This document shows positions 13,130 to 24,860 of a stretch of DNA of 64,000 bases, one piece after another. Source of the DNA: Leucoraja ocellata (Eukaryota); contig JAWMAR010000034.1 of NCBI GenBank assembly GCA_036785375.1, forward strand, positions 11,346,001 to 11,410,000, read 5' to 3'. A program made the position numbers and the translations under genes. Within the stretch, counting starts at the first letter, position 1. The number at the start of each line of letters is the position of its first letter. The notes under the pieces are model-generated. The model ran no database searches and had not been told where the DNA came from. It worked only from the letters and a program-made list of their open reading frames with translations.

Positions 13130-13402
13130 CATCATCATCGCTGAAAACATCAACGGGCACGGTGCCTTACAATGCCGTGTACGACAGTGATCGCAACTTC
13201 TACTGAAGTGTGGATGGCCGTTGGCTTGCTAGCTCATCCACCCTTTGACAGGTCTTTCTTGGTCCTGCTGGGGGTCCACAGCCCCCTCCTCACCTGGTTA
13301 ACCAGGTGGGGGAGACGGTTTAGTCGGTGACTATCCGACCATGGAACAGGTAGCGCAGGATTACATGGTACCCATGGTGGGGGAAACTCCCACCGACCTG
13401 AC
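13130..13402 (-). mobile_element. Short structured non-autonomous retroposon with (GAT)n tail, possibly RTE-related
   Basis: (CAT)3 at the left end, flanking CTGCAG direct repeats (13124-13129, 13403-13408), GC-rich with several adjacent hairpins. Family assignment is an inference. Confidence 0.45.
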
Positions 13403-14129
13403 CTGCAGGGTTTTGGAATAAAAACACAATATGCCTCACTAGATCGAGCAGAATTTGTGTTGAAAGAAACAAAGAAGCTTTGAGGTCAATAACCACTCAA
13501 AAGAAAATAATCAGTGGATCAATGGAAAGTATGGTAAGGAAACTCAGACATGCATGACAGAAATGCCTGAGTTGTCTGGTCTGACCTTGGTCAGGACACT
13601 AATAAGGCCATTGGAGGCGGTACAATGGCAGATGGTACAGAGGTCTCACAGCTCCAGTGACTGGCTTTGATTCTGATCCCTTTGGTGTTTGCATTTTCCA
13701 TGTTTCCTCCCACACTTCAATGATGGTGCTGGCAGGCAGGTTAATCAGCAACCATAGATAAACTGCCCCTGGTCTGGGTGAGTGGTGGGACAATCTGAGG
13801 GGTATTAATGGCCATGTATTGGAGGACAGGTTACAGGTGTGATGGAATTGCTCCAAGAAGCAGCATAGACAGACAGGTTGGCCTGAACACACCAATCCTA
13901 CAGTAAAAAAAGAAGAATAAGAAGAGTACTTTTTTTCCCCTTTCTCAAAACCCAGGACTTCATGAATGGGAAAAGTCCACTTCTAGGTGAGGAAACTGTA
14001 ACAGTTGTTGATAGTACAGGACATAAAAATGTTATCAATTCATCTGCATTTTCCCCATTCCTTGAATGAATGCAACACACTGACTGCAGTATGGTTTTTA
14101 TGCTGGCAGAAGTGGAGCTTATTGCTGAA

Positions 14130-14291
14130 CTCGCCGGCCTCAGTGTGTCCTCAGAAAGCCCAAGCGCGTCCCCGGTCAGTGTCGACGGGAACGAGCGAGA
14201 TGCACGCGTGCACGCGCTTCCAACCGTCCCCCCCCCCCCCCCCCCCATCCAGTCGGGAACGCGCACGGGGCGGTTGGAGCGAAAACCAAAG
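14130..14291 (+). promoter_or_regulatory. CpG-rich candidate promoter / non-coding first exon of the HAS1-like gene
   Basis: Local CpG cluster in an AT-rich background, GC box GGGGCGG (~14267) and donor AAG|GTAACG at 14292. A matching acceptor TTTTACTCTTCAG ends at 14985, 36 nt before the HAS ATG. Confidence 0.5.
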
Positions 14292-15021
14292 GTAACGTCC
14301 CTCAACTCAAGGGTTGATACTTTCTGTCCAGAAACTCAATCCAACAACTGCGAGAATAATCCACATGCAACTGTAGCCGCGTGAAATACATCTCTCCCAT
14401 CAATTGCAAGTAGTGTCATTGTTTAAAGTGCAGAAATATTTCTATTATTTGTTGATTATATAAACTTAAAATTGGCAAATCTAGTGGATGTTTGCGTCTA
14501 AAAACGTTGTCTCTGTACTGTACACTGACAATGACAATTAAAATTGAATCTGAATCTGAATCTGAAAAACATAAACACCGGGAAACTAATATTTTATTAT
14601 TTATAATTCGATTATTGATGATATTGGGAGAATAAAATGTTTAAAATCTTGGCAGGGTTGATGGTGTGAAATGGTCAAAAACAGAGAGGAAATAGAATGA
14701 AAATGACTGGCAAAAGAAACGAGAAAAAACAGAGTTATGCAATGAGTCATTACAGTCTGGAATAGACCACTGACTGAGGTAGTAATCATGGCAAAGTCAA
14801 AAACGAATTGAAAAGGAAACTGGATAAATATCTGAAAGGAAATATCCTGGGCCAAGGGCAGTAGAGTGGGTCTAACTGGTTTGTCATATATAGAATTAGT
14901 TGGACTTAATAGGGCAATATATCTCCAAATTGCTGTTGCCTGCCTGCATGTTAACAGAAATCTTTGGTTTTCTTTTACTCTTCAGTCAATAGGAATTGAT
15001 CGACTTTGACCTTACCCGGCC

Positions 15022-15720
15022 ATGATTAACAAAGACACTTTGGTTTCAATAGCTCATCAAATTTATACCATAGGCTTTGCCATGATCTTATTTTTTGGTA
15101 TGTCTTGGGCATATGTCGCAGGATTTCAACTCCTAATCGGGGAAAAATTAATTTTGCTTGGTATTTACGGAACCCTGGTCATTGGACACTTCTTATTGCA
15201 AACAATCTTTGCTCTGGTTGAGCACTACAAGATGAAAAATATTATTCCACCATGCTGCAACACTAAATCTGTGGCGATAACCATATCAGCTTATCAAGAG
15301 GACCCTTCATATCTAGCACAGTGCCTCAATTCTGTGAAGAGCATTCAGTACCCTATCCACAAGTTGAAAATTATCATGGTTATTGATGGGAACTCAAAAG
15401 AAGATCAATACATGATGGACATATTCAAGGATATTTTCTGCGAGGAAGATATCGGAACATTTTTATGGGAGGGAAACTATCATTCTAGAAATTTTAATAG
15501 AATTGTGTGGAATCAGGAAGATGATAACAGCAAAATGTCGCAGAGAAATCCTGTCAATCTGTTTTATGGGGAGGCGTGTATCGGAAATCCAGAAAGACTG
15601 GAGGTGGAGTCGCTAATCCACACAAAGCGTTGCATTTGCATTATGCAGAAAAAGGGAGGAAAGAGAGAAGGGTTGTACACAGCCTTCAAAGCTATTGGCG
15701 ATTCGGTGGATTACATTCAG
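15022..15720 (+). CDS. HAS1: Hyaluronan synthase, HAS1-type (divergent), coding exon 1
   Basis: GCCATG start with an upstream in-frame TGA; two TM helices; HAS1-diagnostic TISAYQEDP; VIDGN; WEGNYH; GGKRE; ends DYIQ|GTATGA. 699 nt, phase 0. Confidence 0.93.
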
Positions 15721-16349
15721 GTATGACCAATACAATTAACTGTTTTCTTAGATTTTGCCCTTTCATTGATATAAATCTATCCTGGGTATCAAACAAAAAT
15801 GCAGTATCTTCTGATATTCTGCAACTGGAAGCTGAAGAAAGTTTCCATTTGACCCACATGACTCATTATTCCTTTTCATTCCTACTAGTTGTTACTTCAG
15901 AGAATATTGAACCATCATCTGCAAATGATTCTGATCTGACCCGAAATAATAACGATTTTTCCACCACAAATGCAGCTTGACATACCTGCAATTTCTATTT
16001 TAATTTTACTGAACCATCCTATTTTGTAATTAGAGGAACATGGTGATTTTGTGCCCATCCTAGTCTCTTGGAAAGTGGTGGCCTCCTTTAGCAGTTTAAT
16101 ACAAGTAAACAGCTTTTGGGACATTACAGGCACAATTTAAAAATTGTCTTGAGAATCTATGCCACATTGTCAAGTGAAAAGCTACCCAATTACAAACATG
16201 GGTCTTATGGGAAATAAGGCAGATGAAAATGCCGTTTTGGCAAGGTTTTCATCAAAACAATCCAGCTGATTTTTCTCTATGAATCCTCAATGTTTAAATG
16301 TAGTATGATTCTTTAATCATATCAGATGCAAAGTTTCATTCTCACCTGT

Positions 16350-16728
16350 GATACTTACAAAATTCTTAAGGGATTGGACAGGCTAGATGCAGGAAGATTG
16401 GTCCCGATGTTGGGGAAGTCCAGAACAAGGGGTCACAGTTTAAGGATAAGGGGGAAATCTTTTAGGACTGAGATGAGAAAAACATTTTTCACACAGAGAG
16501 TGGTAAATCTGTGGAATTCTCTGCCACAGAAGTCAGTTGAGGCCAGTACATTGGCTATATTTAAGAGTGAGTTAGATGTGGCCCTTGTGGCTAAAGGGAT
16601 CAGGGGGTATGGAGAGAAGGCAGGTACAGGATACTGAGTTGGATGATCAGCCATGATCATATTGAATGGCGGTGCAGGCTCGAAGGGCCGAATAGCCTAC
16701 TCCTCCACCTATTTTCTATGTTTCTATG
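16350..16728 (+). mobile_element. CR1-type LINE 3' end (HER1-like)
   Basis: TYKILKGLDRLDAGRL...RTRGHSLRI...FFTQRVVNLWNSLP, followed by the 3' UTR and a (TTTCTATG)n tail. Confidence 0.85.
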
Positions 16729-17081
16729 TGAAGGACCCTATAGCAGAGCTGAGTTTGCATTCTGGCTTTTGATTGGTCTTACACTGTCATAACTACTCCA
16801 GGAAGTATTTAATTGTTATTGATATATCATGCAACACATTGGTGCAGTTCCTGTATTCTTTACATCTTGATTGTAGTTCTGCTTGGTCATTATAAAGTAT
16901 ATTAATTACAGATGTTTAGAATGTAACTTCTCATCTACTCATATAACCTAGATATGGCATTGTAATTATATGGGTATACTGATACAGCAGGCATAGCCAT
17001 TTAACCCGACTAATACTCCATTGCTTAATATACTTCTGCGTATGCGCTGACTACTGCTCAGATAAAGTTAATTTTACTGGA

Positions 17082-17808
17082 GACACACGGACTGCAGATG
17101 CTGGAATCTGGAGCTTCTCGCATACCACCATCCAGGATAGTATAAATCCATTGACTCTCACAGTTCCCTTGACTACGTCTCATCCAATCCAGTACTTTGT
17201 CGGACTTTGACCGTTTTTCTTATTTTCTCTGCCTCCATTGCATCTGTTCTCAAGACATATAAAATGGCATGCTCTTCTGAACACATCAACCCAATAGTAT
17301 CAACAGTGAATTTTCCAACTGCAGGTAACCCAATCTTCCTGTGATTCTCTTTCTCTCACCTTCTGGTTCAGTACCCCCTACCCCCCCCCCCCCCCCCCCC
17401 CCAGATTCTACTTATCATCTTATTTATCAGATGCCAGATTGGCTGCCTCTTGTTTCCACTTATTTCCTTCCAGCCTGTCTCTACTTCTACCCTTTCATCC
17501 GTATGCCTGCTCCATCCGCCCCTTTCTTTAGTTATCTCTCCCTATCACGCACCAACCACCATCTCCTGACCCCATCCCTCCTCTTACCCCACCTGGCTGC
17601 ATCTGCCCATCATCACTCACCTTACCTGGCTCCACCTATCGCCTGGTCAGCCCTTGCCTCGCCCCCTCATTCTCACTTGAACTGGCTATCACACCTCTGT
17701 TCTTTCAGTCCAGATGCAGGATCTGGATCTGAAACGTCCTCGGTCCCTTTGCCTCCACAGTCGATGCCTGACCTACTGAGTTCCTCCAGCAGGTTATTTT
17801 TTGCTAGG
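17082..17808 (+). mobile_element. Degraded Penelope-like element: RT/GIY-YIG remnants, terminal repeat and short inverted 5' piece
   Basis: YKSIDSHSSLDYVSSNP (17141-17191; cf. KPTDSHSYLDYTSSHP) and THQPNSINSEFSNCR* (17281-17328; cf. the GIY-YIG end TLQPNGMNIEFSNFR), then a C/T-rich tract and a degenerate hammerhead-like terminus at ~17707-17738. Confidence 0.65.
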
Positions 17809-18084
17809 CTAATTTAATTGAGCTGCTGGAACTTGACTTGATACCAATGCTTATTTGCAAATCTGTATCCATGACCCATCATTTTCTAATTGAATAATTA
17901 CAAGATTAGAAAATCATGAACATACAGATTTTTGTGGTTTTCCTTATTAATTGAATGCTTTTGTATTGTGATCTCATATAGATTATGTATATTCAATATG
18001 TGAATAGATTATGTATATTCAAAAATGAATTGCATAAAATTAAGAATGACCTGGATATTTTTATGAAGGATTATATACTTTTAG

Positions 18085-18310
18085 GTCTGTGATTCTGATA
18101 CAAAACTTGACTCGCAAGCAACTGGAGAACTGGTTAAAGTCTTGGATTCAAATGAAAGCTGCGGAGCAGTCGGAGGTGAAGTGCGAATTCTCAATGTCAA
18201 TGATTCCTTCATTAGCTTCATCAGCAGCCTGCATTATTGGACTGTGTTCAATTTGGGACGAGCTTGCCAGTCTTATTTTAATTGTGTCTCCTGCATCAGT
18301 GGACCTTTAG
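18085..18310 (+). CDS. HAS1: HAS1-type hyaluronan synthase, coding exon 2
   Basis: TTTTAG acceptor; VCDSDTKLD (DxD motif)...[11 protein letters not shown]...[17 protein letters not shown]; donor G|GTAAGG. 226 nt, HAS1-type intron position. Confidence 0.93.
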
Positions 18311-18824
18311 GTAAGGAATGGAGGGGAAAGTAAAATAACTTAATTGAGAATGTCATGATCCTCAAGAGTTATTAAAAACTATCACCTGGTATACATGAAA
18401 CTTCCACAAAATAGCTCAGGATAAAGCATTTTACAGATAGAAAACTTACCAGCTGCATAGACTTTTTGCAGATTAGACCAAGCCTGAACAAGAGTCAAAG
18501 AGAAGATAAATTACAATTACAAATGTCATGTTTTGATTTCAAAAGCAAATTAAATTCAGTACAAAAGCCATTGGCTAGAATAAGAGATTTTATGATGTTT
18601 CATTGCACCATGAAAGCAGTATTTCAAATTAGGAATAACAAAGGGGAAAGATCATACGAGAAGCTGGTTGTAGTTGTATCAGAGTGTTAGAATGAGAAGG
18701 TCAATAAATACACGTGAGCTCAACTGACTTTAACCTGTTTCAATGTTCACTTATAATCCTGGTTTATCACAAAGCGATCTGTCCATGATCTATATTCATT
18801 TCTAACAATTACTCTTTGTTTCAG

Positions 18825-18957
18825 GGATGTACAGGAATAATTTGATCCAACAATTATTGGAGCCCTGGTACAATCAGAGATTCCTAGGAGTCCGGTGCAC
18901 ATTTGGGGATGATCGTCATTTAACTAACAGGGTACTCAGTCTGGGCTATTCCACTAA
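18825..18957 (+). CDS. HAS1: HAS1-type hyaluronan synthase, coding exon 3 (absent from the ORF track)
   Basis: TTTGTTTCAG acceptor; (G)[43 protein letters not shown](K) with the catalytic GDD at 18905-18913; donor AA|GTAAGA. 133 nt; phases join correctly. Confidence 0.93.
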
Positions 18958-19650
18958 GTAAGAACTAAATCCAGCTTTTGCTTATTAGTGTAATACGATA
19001 ACATGATTTGTGTTTTAAACAGTGATGTTAAATGTCAGCTTTTTGTTTCTGCTTAGTTAAATTAGGTTCATCTTAGGCAGTATTTTTAGAAAAAGAACCT
19101 TAATATTCTGCCATGATTATTTTTTTTAATTTTCTTTTCTTCTTGTAAGTCAGTTCTCCTCGCTGAGGTTTAGTTTTATTGGCATTTGACATCTGATCAC
19201 AAATGCTGGCAGACTATATTGGCATTCTTTCAAATTGGCATTATTGGCATTCTTTCAAATTGGCATCACTAGACAGTAATTTGAGCAGGAAGTCTTGAAT
19301 CATCACCTTGATTTTTTAAAATCTCATATCCACTCTTGTAGCCAATTTAACAAGGTCATAATGTTATCAAATATCCTTGTTTATATAGCATTACCATATT
19401 GAGCACTAAATCAGTGCTCTTCAAAGTAATCTAACTTTTAAATTGGTTCAAATTATTTTTGTCACTGTTCAACCATGAACCTCTTCCGCTTGCAGAGATT
19501 AGTACAAGTTGGATTGGAATGCAAGACATGGCAATATCCATGGTCAACTGGCTTATTGGACTGGAGAAAACATTTGCTAGATTTTATTATTGTTAAATTA
19601 AAGTTAATTCTGGAAAACCAATAACTAAACTGCAATTTTGCTTCACTCAG

Positions 19651-20326
19651 ATACATGCCCAAGGCTTGGTGCTATACAGAAACTCCAGCTCAATATCTCC
19701 GCTGGCTCAATCAACAAATACGTTGGACTAAGTCATCTATCATAGAATGGATCTACAGTTCCCGCTTCTGGCACAAGCATAGTCTATGGATGACATATGA
19801 AGCAGTAACTATGGGGATTTTGCCATTCTACATTTCCGTGTCTGTCATTAAGCTATTCTACTACGGCTGTCTCTGGGACATTCTATGGATGCTCCTATTC
19901 TTCCATGGCTTTGGACTCATTAAAGCGATCAATGCTTCTTCTCTAAAGAGAAGTCCACTGATGATCTACCTATCCCTGTTTCCAACCTTCTACCTGTGGG
20001 GGTTACTGCCCATCAAATGCTTTTCTCTTATTACCATTACCAATACTGGCTGGGGAACATCTGGACGCAGAGAGAGAGTCAAGAACTACATCCCACTTTT
20101 TCCTCTCTTAGTTTGGGGCATTATTCTCCTTGTGGGTTTAATTGAGACACTCTTCACAGAGTTTGAAGGTGCATGGACCCATCAGCAGCAGTTGTCAGAA
20201 AAAGATTATATTCTTTCCAGTTCAGTGACATTATTTTTATTTTATACAATTCTAATATCAACCTACCATCTGTGGTCTTGGCACCGACATAGAAGAAACA
20301 CTGCAATGTATTGTGTTGAAGTGTAG
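19651..20326 (+). CDS. HAS1: HAS1-type hyaluronan synthase, final coding exon
   Basis: CTTCACTCAG acceptor; ETP, QQIRW (QxxRW), WMTYE, GWGTSGRR and several TM helices; ends YCVEV*. Spliced CDS is 699+226+133+676=1734 nt (577 aa). AATAAA at 20674 and 20707. Confidence 0.93.
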
Positions 20327-21199
20327 AGAGTGCAAATTTGTTCATGATTACCAAAACTATAATTAACATCTTGAAGAATATTTTACATCTCATGTTTACT
20401 GATTCTGCTTTTTGTTCTTGAGATAATTTTTTCTCTGCAGTCCTTCCTGGGTTGGATAGTCTTCCATAATCAACAAAAAAAGATGCTACCTCCAGCCCAA
20501 CTTTGTGGGGAATTGAAGATACACATTGGCAATGTCCTGCCACAGTGGACCCTAGTTTGCGCAGTATTCTCCAAATTCATGGTTTGGTATTTGTCAGGTT
20601 CAGTAGTGAGGAACGTATAACATTTTTCTAGACTGGATCCTCTCATGCCGATACTGCATGAGAAAGGGATAACAATAAATTTCTGTTGACCATAACCAGT
20701 ATAAGTAATAAATCTCCCAACACATGATTCTCCATCCTGGTGGCATGAGATTGCTGCACAATGGGTAAGTACTCCTCCACAGAAGAAAGAATTGGGTGTT
20801 TTTGTTCCCGGATTTAGTAGTGTGGCAGATCTTGCAGAGGCCTGAAAGTATGTTTATCTGTGGGGAGCAGGGAGTTTGTGGCAACATCCATAATATGCCA
20901 TTTGAACCGTAAGATATTTTTATGTCACTGTGAAAGGTTTCAATTAAATTGAGTAATTTGTAAACATGACAGAGAACATTTGACCAAACAGCAGTGGTTT
21001 TTGATCCTTCGTGGGTTTAGTCGTTTAATGCTCCACATATGTTGATGGTCTATTTGATTGTGAGGACTGTCATTTCATGTTACAATCATTGACTTTGGGT
21101 AATTAGCGGATGTTGAAAAATACTCTTCCCAGATTGTTGTCCAACAATCTTTTCTAGAATGGATCCTCTCATGTGGATACTGCATGAGAATGGGATCTG

Positions 21200-21585
21200 G
21201 ACAGATTAGAAGTTTGTTCCTTGGAGTGCAGGATGCTGGGGGTGATCTTGTCGAGGTGTATAAAATCATGTGGGGAATATGAAGGGTAAATGCAGACTGA
21301 ATGCAGTCTTTTACCCAGAGGAGGAGAATCAAAAAGCTGAGGTCATCAGTTTAAGGTGAGAGGGGGAAGTTTTATTAGGAACGGTTCCACACTGAGGGTA
21401 TATGGAATGAACTGGCAGAGGAGGTAGTTGAGGCAGGTACTATAACAACATATAAACGACATCTGGGCAGGTACATTAACAAAAAATGTTTAGAGGGATA
21501 TAGGCCACACACAGGCAGGTGGTATATTTATTTTGGCATGGACAAGTTGGGCCGAAGGGCCTGCTTCTATGCTGTGTGACTATGA
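21200..21585 (+). mobile_element. Degraded CR1-type LINE 3' end
   Basis: GATCTTGTCGAGGTGTATAAAATCATG...GGGCCGAAGGGCCTG...CTATG. Confidence 0.7.
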
Positions 21586-21661
21586 TAATACGATTTCAAA
21601 ATTGTTGTTTCAGAATGTTGTTATACAGCATGTTCATTAACCAGAATAACATTAGGTGGAT

Positions 21662-21789
21662 GTGTAGGAAGGAACTGCAGGTGCTGGTTTACACTGAAGA
21701 CAGACACAAAATGCTGGAGTCACTCAGCGAGTCAGGCCGCATCTCTGGAGAAAGGGAAGACATAACGTTTCGAGTCGAGACCCTACCGT
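21662..21789 (-). mobile_element. Short Penelope-like insertion with 15-bp TSD
   Basis: Flanked by TAACATTAGGTGGAT at 21647-21661 and 21790-21804. Confidence 0.75.
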
Positions 21790-21882
21790 TAACATTAGGT
21801 GGATACTTGAAAGAACCAAAATAAAGGCAGATTTCACAGCATAAATGTACATAGTAAGCACAGTTTAAACCTGACATGCTAC

Positions 21883-22072
21883 AATACAATCATACAATTA
21901 GTGTTATTTGTCACTTGCACCTAAAGTGCAAGTGAAATGAATTTGCCAGCAGCGGTACTATGAAAAAGAACACACAAAAACACAATAAAAATTGAACACA
22001 AACATCCACCACAGCATTCATCACTGTGGTGGAAGGCACAAAATTTGGCCAGTCCTCCTCCATTTCCCCCCG
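21883..22072 (-). mobile_element. Retroposon 3' end with (TTGTA)n-like tail and conserved stem-loop
   Basis: Shares the TGCCTTCC-hairpin motif and tail layout with 43290-43918, 61425-61700 and 38975-39858. Confidence 0.55.
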
Positions 22073-22964
22073 TGATAACGTGTTTTTATCACGTTAATGT
22101 TGAGTGACGTGCTAAAATCTCTTTTTGCACCCCCTATCAAATAGCACTTAGGAGATAATGTGGAAAGGAAACCAATATTTAATGGTTTATCACATTAGCT
22201 CCACATTAAGAAATATCAAATGTAAACAGGAATGACAATGTGAGAAAAGCCCAATGTATTGTGTTTAAACAGATTTCTGCCTCCTACCCCTGTCCCAATG
22301 AGATTTTCTAACGTAAAAGCTAAAGCACTCAAGTTGATGATGTGGAAGCAAGCTTATTGCAGTACAATTTTCCTCCACACGAGAGCATCACAGTATCCTG
22401 CAATATTAAATAAAGCTCACATCTGCCACACAGTGTCATTAACTGGCTAGATCATAAAACTCCCAACATCACATCCGTAGAGAGTGCAGCAGCAATAGTG
22501 ACGTTGCCCTAGTTTTTCAGCTCATACTATTGGGAGCAGCACAAGAAACCTATTTCAGGTTCAGTGCAGGAACAGTGTCCCCATTAATTGGAATGGAGAG
22601 CGATCTTGATTTATATTTCAATTAATTTAGTTTTAAATATTCTGAGCTATAGGGGAAGGATATGTCTAAAATATATATATATTTTTAAATTAAACAAATA
22701 CCCTTATGTTTTAACTGAAAATTGACACAAGAAGCTGGATTGACTCAGAAAAGGAATAGCTGACGTTTCGGGTTGAGACCCTAAACCCATTTTTAAGATC
22801 TTCTGAATGTTTCTGAGCATCAGAAACTGTCAAAGTTTGACAGTCTGCAAAAACTACGGGGTGCGGCTCACTGACTGCCAAAACCTTCTCAACAGTTGAA
22901 GTCATGGTTTGTTCTGACATTCTTCCCCTCCCACCTGCACCACCACCTCCATTGAGGCAAGCAA

Positions 22965-24860
22965 AATAAAAACAAACAAGCTGCCAGAGGAACTCAGCAT
23001 GTTAGGCAGAAACTGTGGAGGCAAAGGAATAGTTGATGTTTTTGGTTGAGACCCTACATCAGGCCCGAGAACATACAGGGGAGATAACCGGTACAAAGAG
23101 GTGTTGGGGGAAGGGTAAGGCAGTATAGTGGTTCCAGGTGAGGAAGAGTAGAGGCAGATGTAGTGTGAGAAAAGAAGGAGTCGAGACAGCAATATCGATG
23201 GGAGGTGATAGTGGAGAAATCAAAGGTTGCACATTATGGAATCTGTTAAGGAAGGGAGGTGATGAGTGGCACCAGATATGGGAATGGGTGGTGTGCAAAA
23301 GGGGAACGGAGGGAGGAAGGGAGAGGGTAGAAGATCAAGTGGGTATGGTGTGTGGATGATAAGCATTTGGAACCGGGTGGAGAGGGGAAAGAAACTGAGG
23401 ACGTTCGCAGGAGTTCAGAGTCATTCCTTGAGCTGTGAAGCATGGGACACCTTGTCCATGCCAACCAAGTTGATATACTGGCCTGGTCCCATTTGTCTGT
23501 ATTTGATCCATATTGTTCTAAACCCTCCTTATCCATATATCTGTCCAAATTTATTTAAAAAGTTTTGGAACTTTATTTACCCCTCTGGTCAGCCTTACAT
23601 CTCTCCCGTCTCACCTGAAGCTTATGTTCATAAGTGATGGGAGCAGAATTAGGCCATACTGCCCATCAAGTCGATTTCACCATTCAATCATGGCTGATCT
23701 ATTTCTCCCCCCTAACCCCATCTCTTGCCTTCGCCCCATAACCCCAGACACCCGTTCGAATCAAGAACAGTACATGCCCTGTACTTTTAGAATTCTCCAC
23801 CCTGGGCAAAAGTCTGTGAGCGTTCACTCAAGCCTGCAAGTTCAGGTAGCACCCTGGTGAATCTCTTTTGCAACCTTTCTAACTTGATGACATCCTTCCT
23901 ACAGCTGGGCTACTGGATTGCATGCAGCATTTCAAGTGTGGTCTCATCAATGATTGAAAAGAAGGGGGTATATGAAAGGACCTGGCTGGATAAGGAGGAG
24001 GACGTAGAATGGGACAGAGGCTGTGAAATTGGAGAATTCATTGTTCATGCATGCGCTGCAGACTACCCAGTGTTGTTCCTTTAATTGTCCCCAACCTGGC
24101 AGTGTTGGAGGCTGAGGGCAGATGGCACATGTGGGAACGTTAATGAGACAGCTAACAATCGGGAGCTGAAGATGGCTATTGCAGATAGAGCACTGATACT
24201 CAACAAAGCATTTGGTATCATAAGATCATGTGATAGGAGCAGAATTAGGCCATTCGACCCATCTAGTCCACTCCGCCATTCAATCATGGCTGATCTATCT
24301 CTCCCTCCTTACCCCATTCTCCTGCCTTCTCCCGATAACTTCTGACACCTATACTAATCAAGAATCCATCCATCTCTGCCTTAAATATATCCACTGACTT
24401 GGCCTCCACAGCCTTCTGTGGCAAAGAGTTCCACAGATTCACCACCCTCTGACTAAAGAAATTCCTCCTCATCTCCTTCCTAAAAGAACCTTCTTTAATT
24501 CTGAGGCTATGACCTCTAGTCCTAGACACTCCCACGAGTGGAAACATCCTCTCCACATTCACTCTACCCAAGCAGGATATCTTGTGGGGTAGGGGAGGCA
24601 ACCACAAGAGCCCTGAATGCAGTAGACAAAGTTGGAGGAGGTACATCAGCCCATCGACAACTCTTCACCTAGATCTACCTGTCACTTGCCATCTCCTGCC
24701 CCTCGCACCTTTTTATACTGGCGACCATCCCATTACACCCACGGTTCTGATGTAGGGTCTTGACCCAAAACTTCAATCTGCCTCCACATATTCTGCCTGG
24801 CCAACCGAGTTACTCCAGCAGATTGTTCTTTGTTGCTTCAGATTCCCAGCATCTGTGGGG
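22965..24860. mobile_element. Nest of Penelope-like and CR1 fragments
   Basis: PLE terminal repeat on - (22965-23400); GIY-YIG-end remnant LKEQH..MNNEFSNF on - (~24015-24090); CR1 3' ends on - (23625-23770, 24220-24572); PLE terminus on + (24650-24860). Confidence 0.6.

Noticed and set aside
13898-14384. Overlapping ORFs of 96-135 aa
   Set aside because: A by-product of local GC richness and a poly-C tract, with no recognisable protein.
14775-14790. TGAGGTAGTA let-7-like 5' ends (also ~10373)
   Set aside because: The match ends after 10 nt, with no mature let-7 3' half or precursor hairpin.
17979-19266. Short direct duplications in HAS introns (~26 bp near 17979; 25 bp near 19217)
   Set aside because: Ordinary slippage duplications with no sign of function.
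15022-20326. HAS pseudogene
   Set aside because: No stops or frameshifts, all splice sites are canonical and the phases are consistent.
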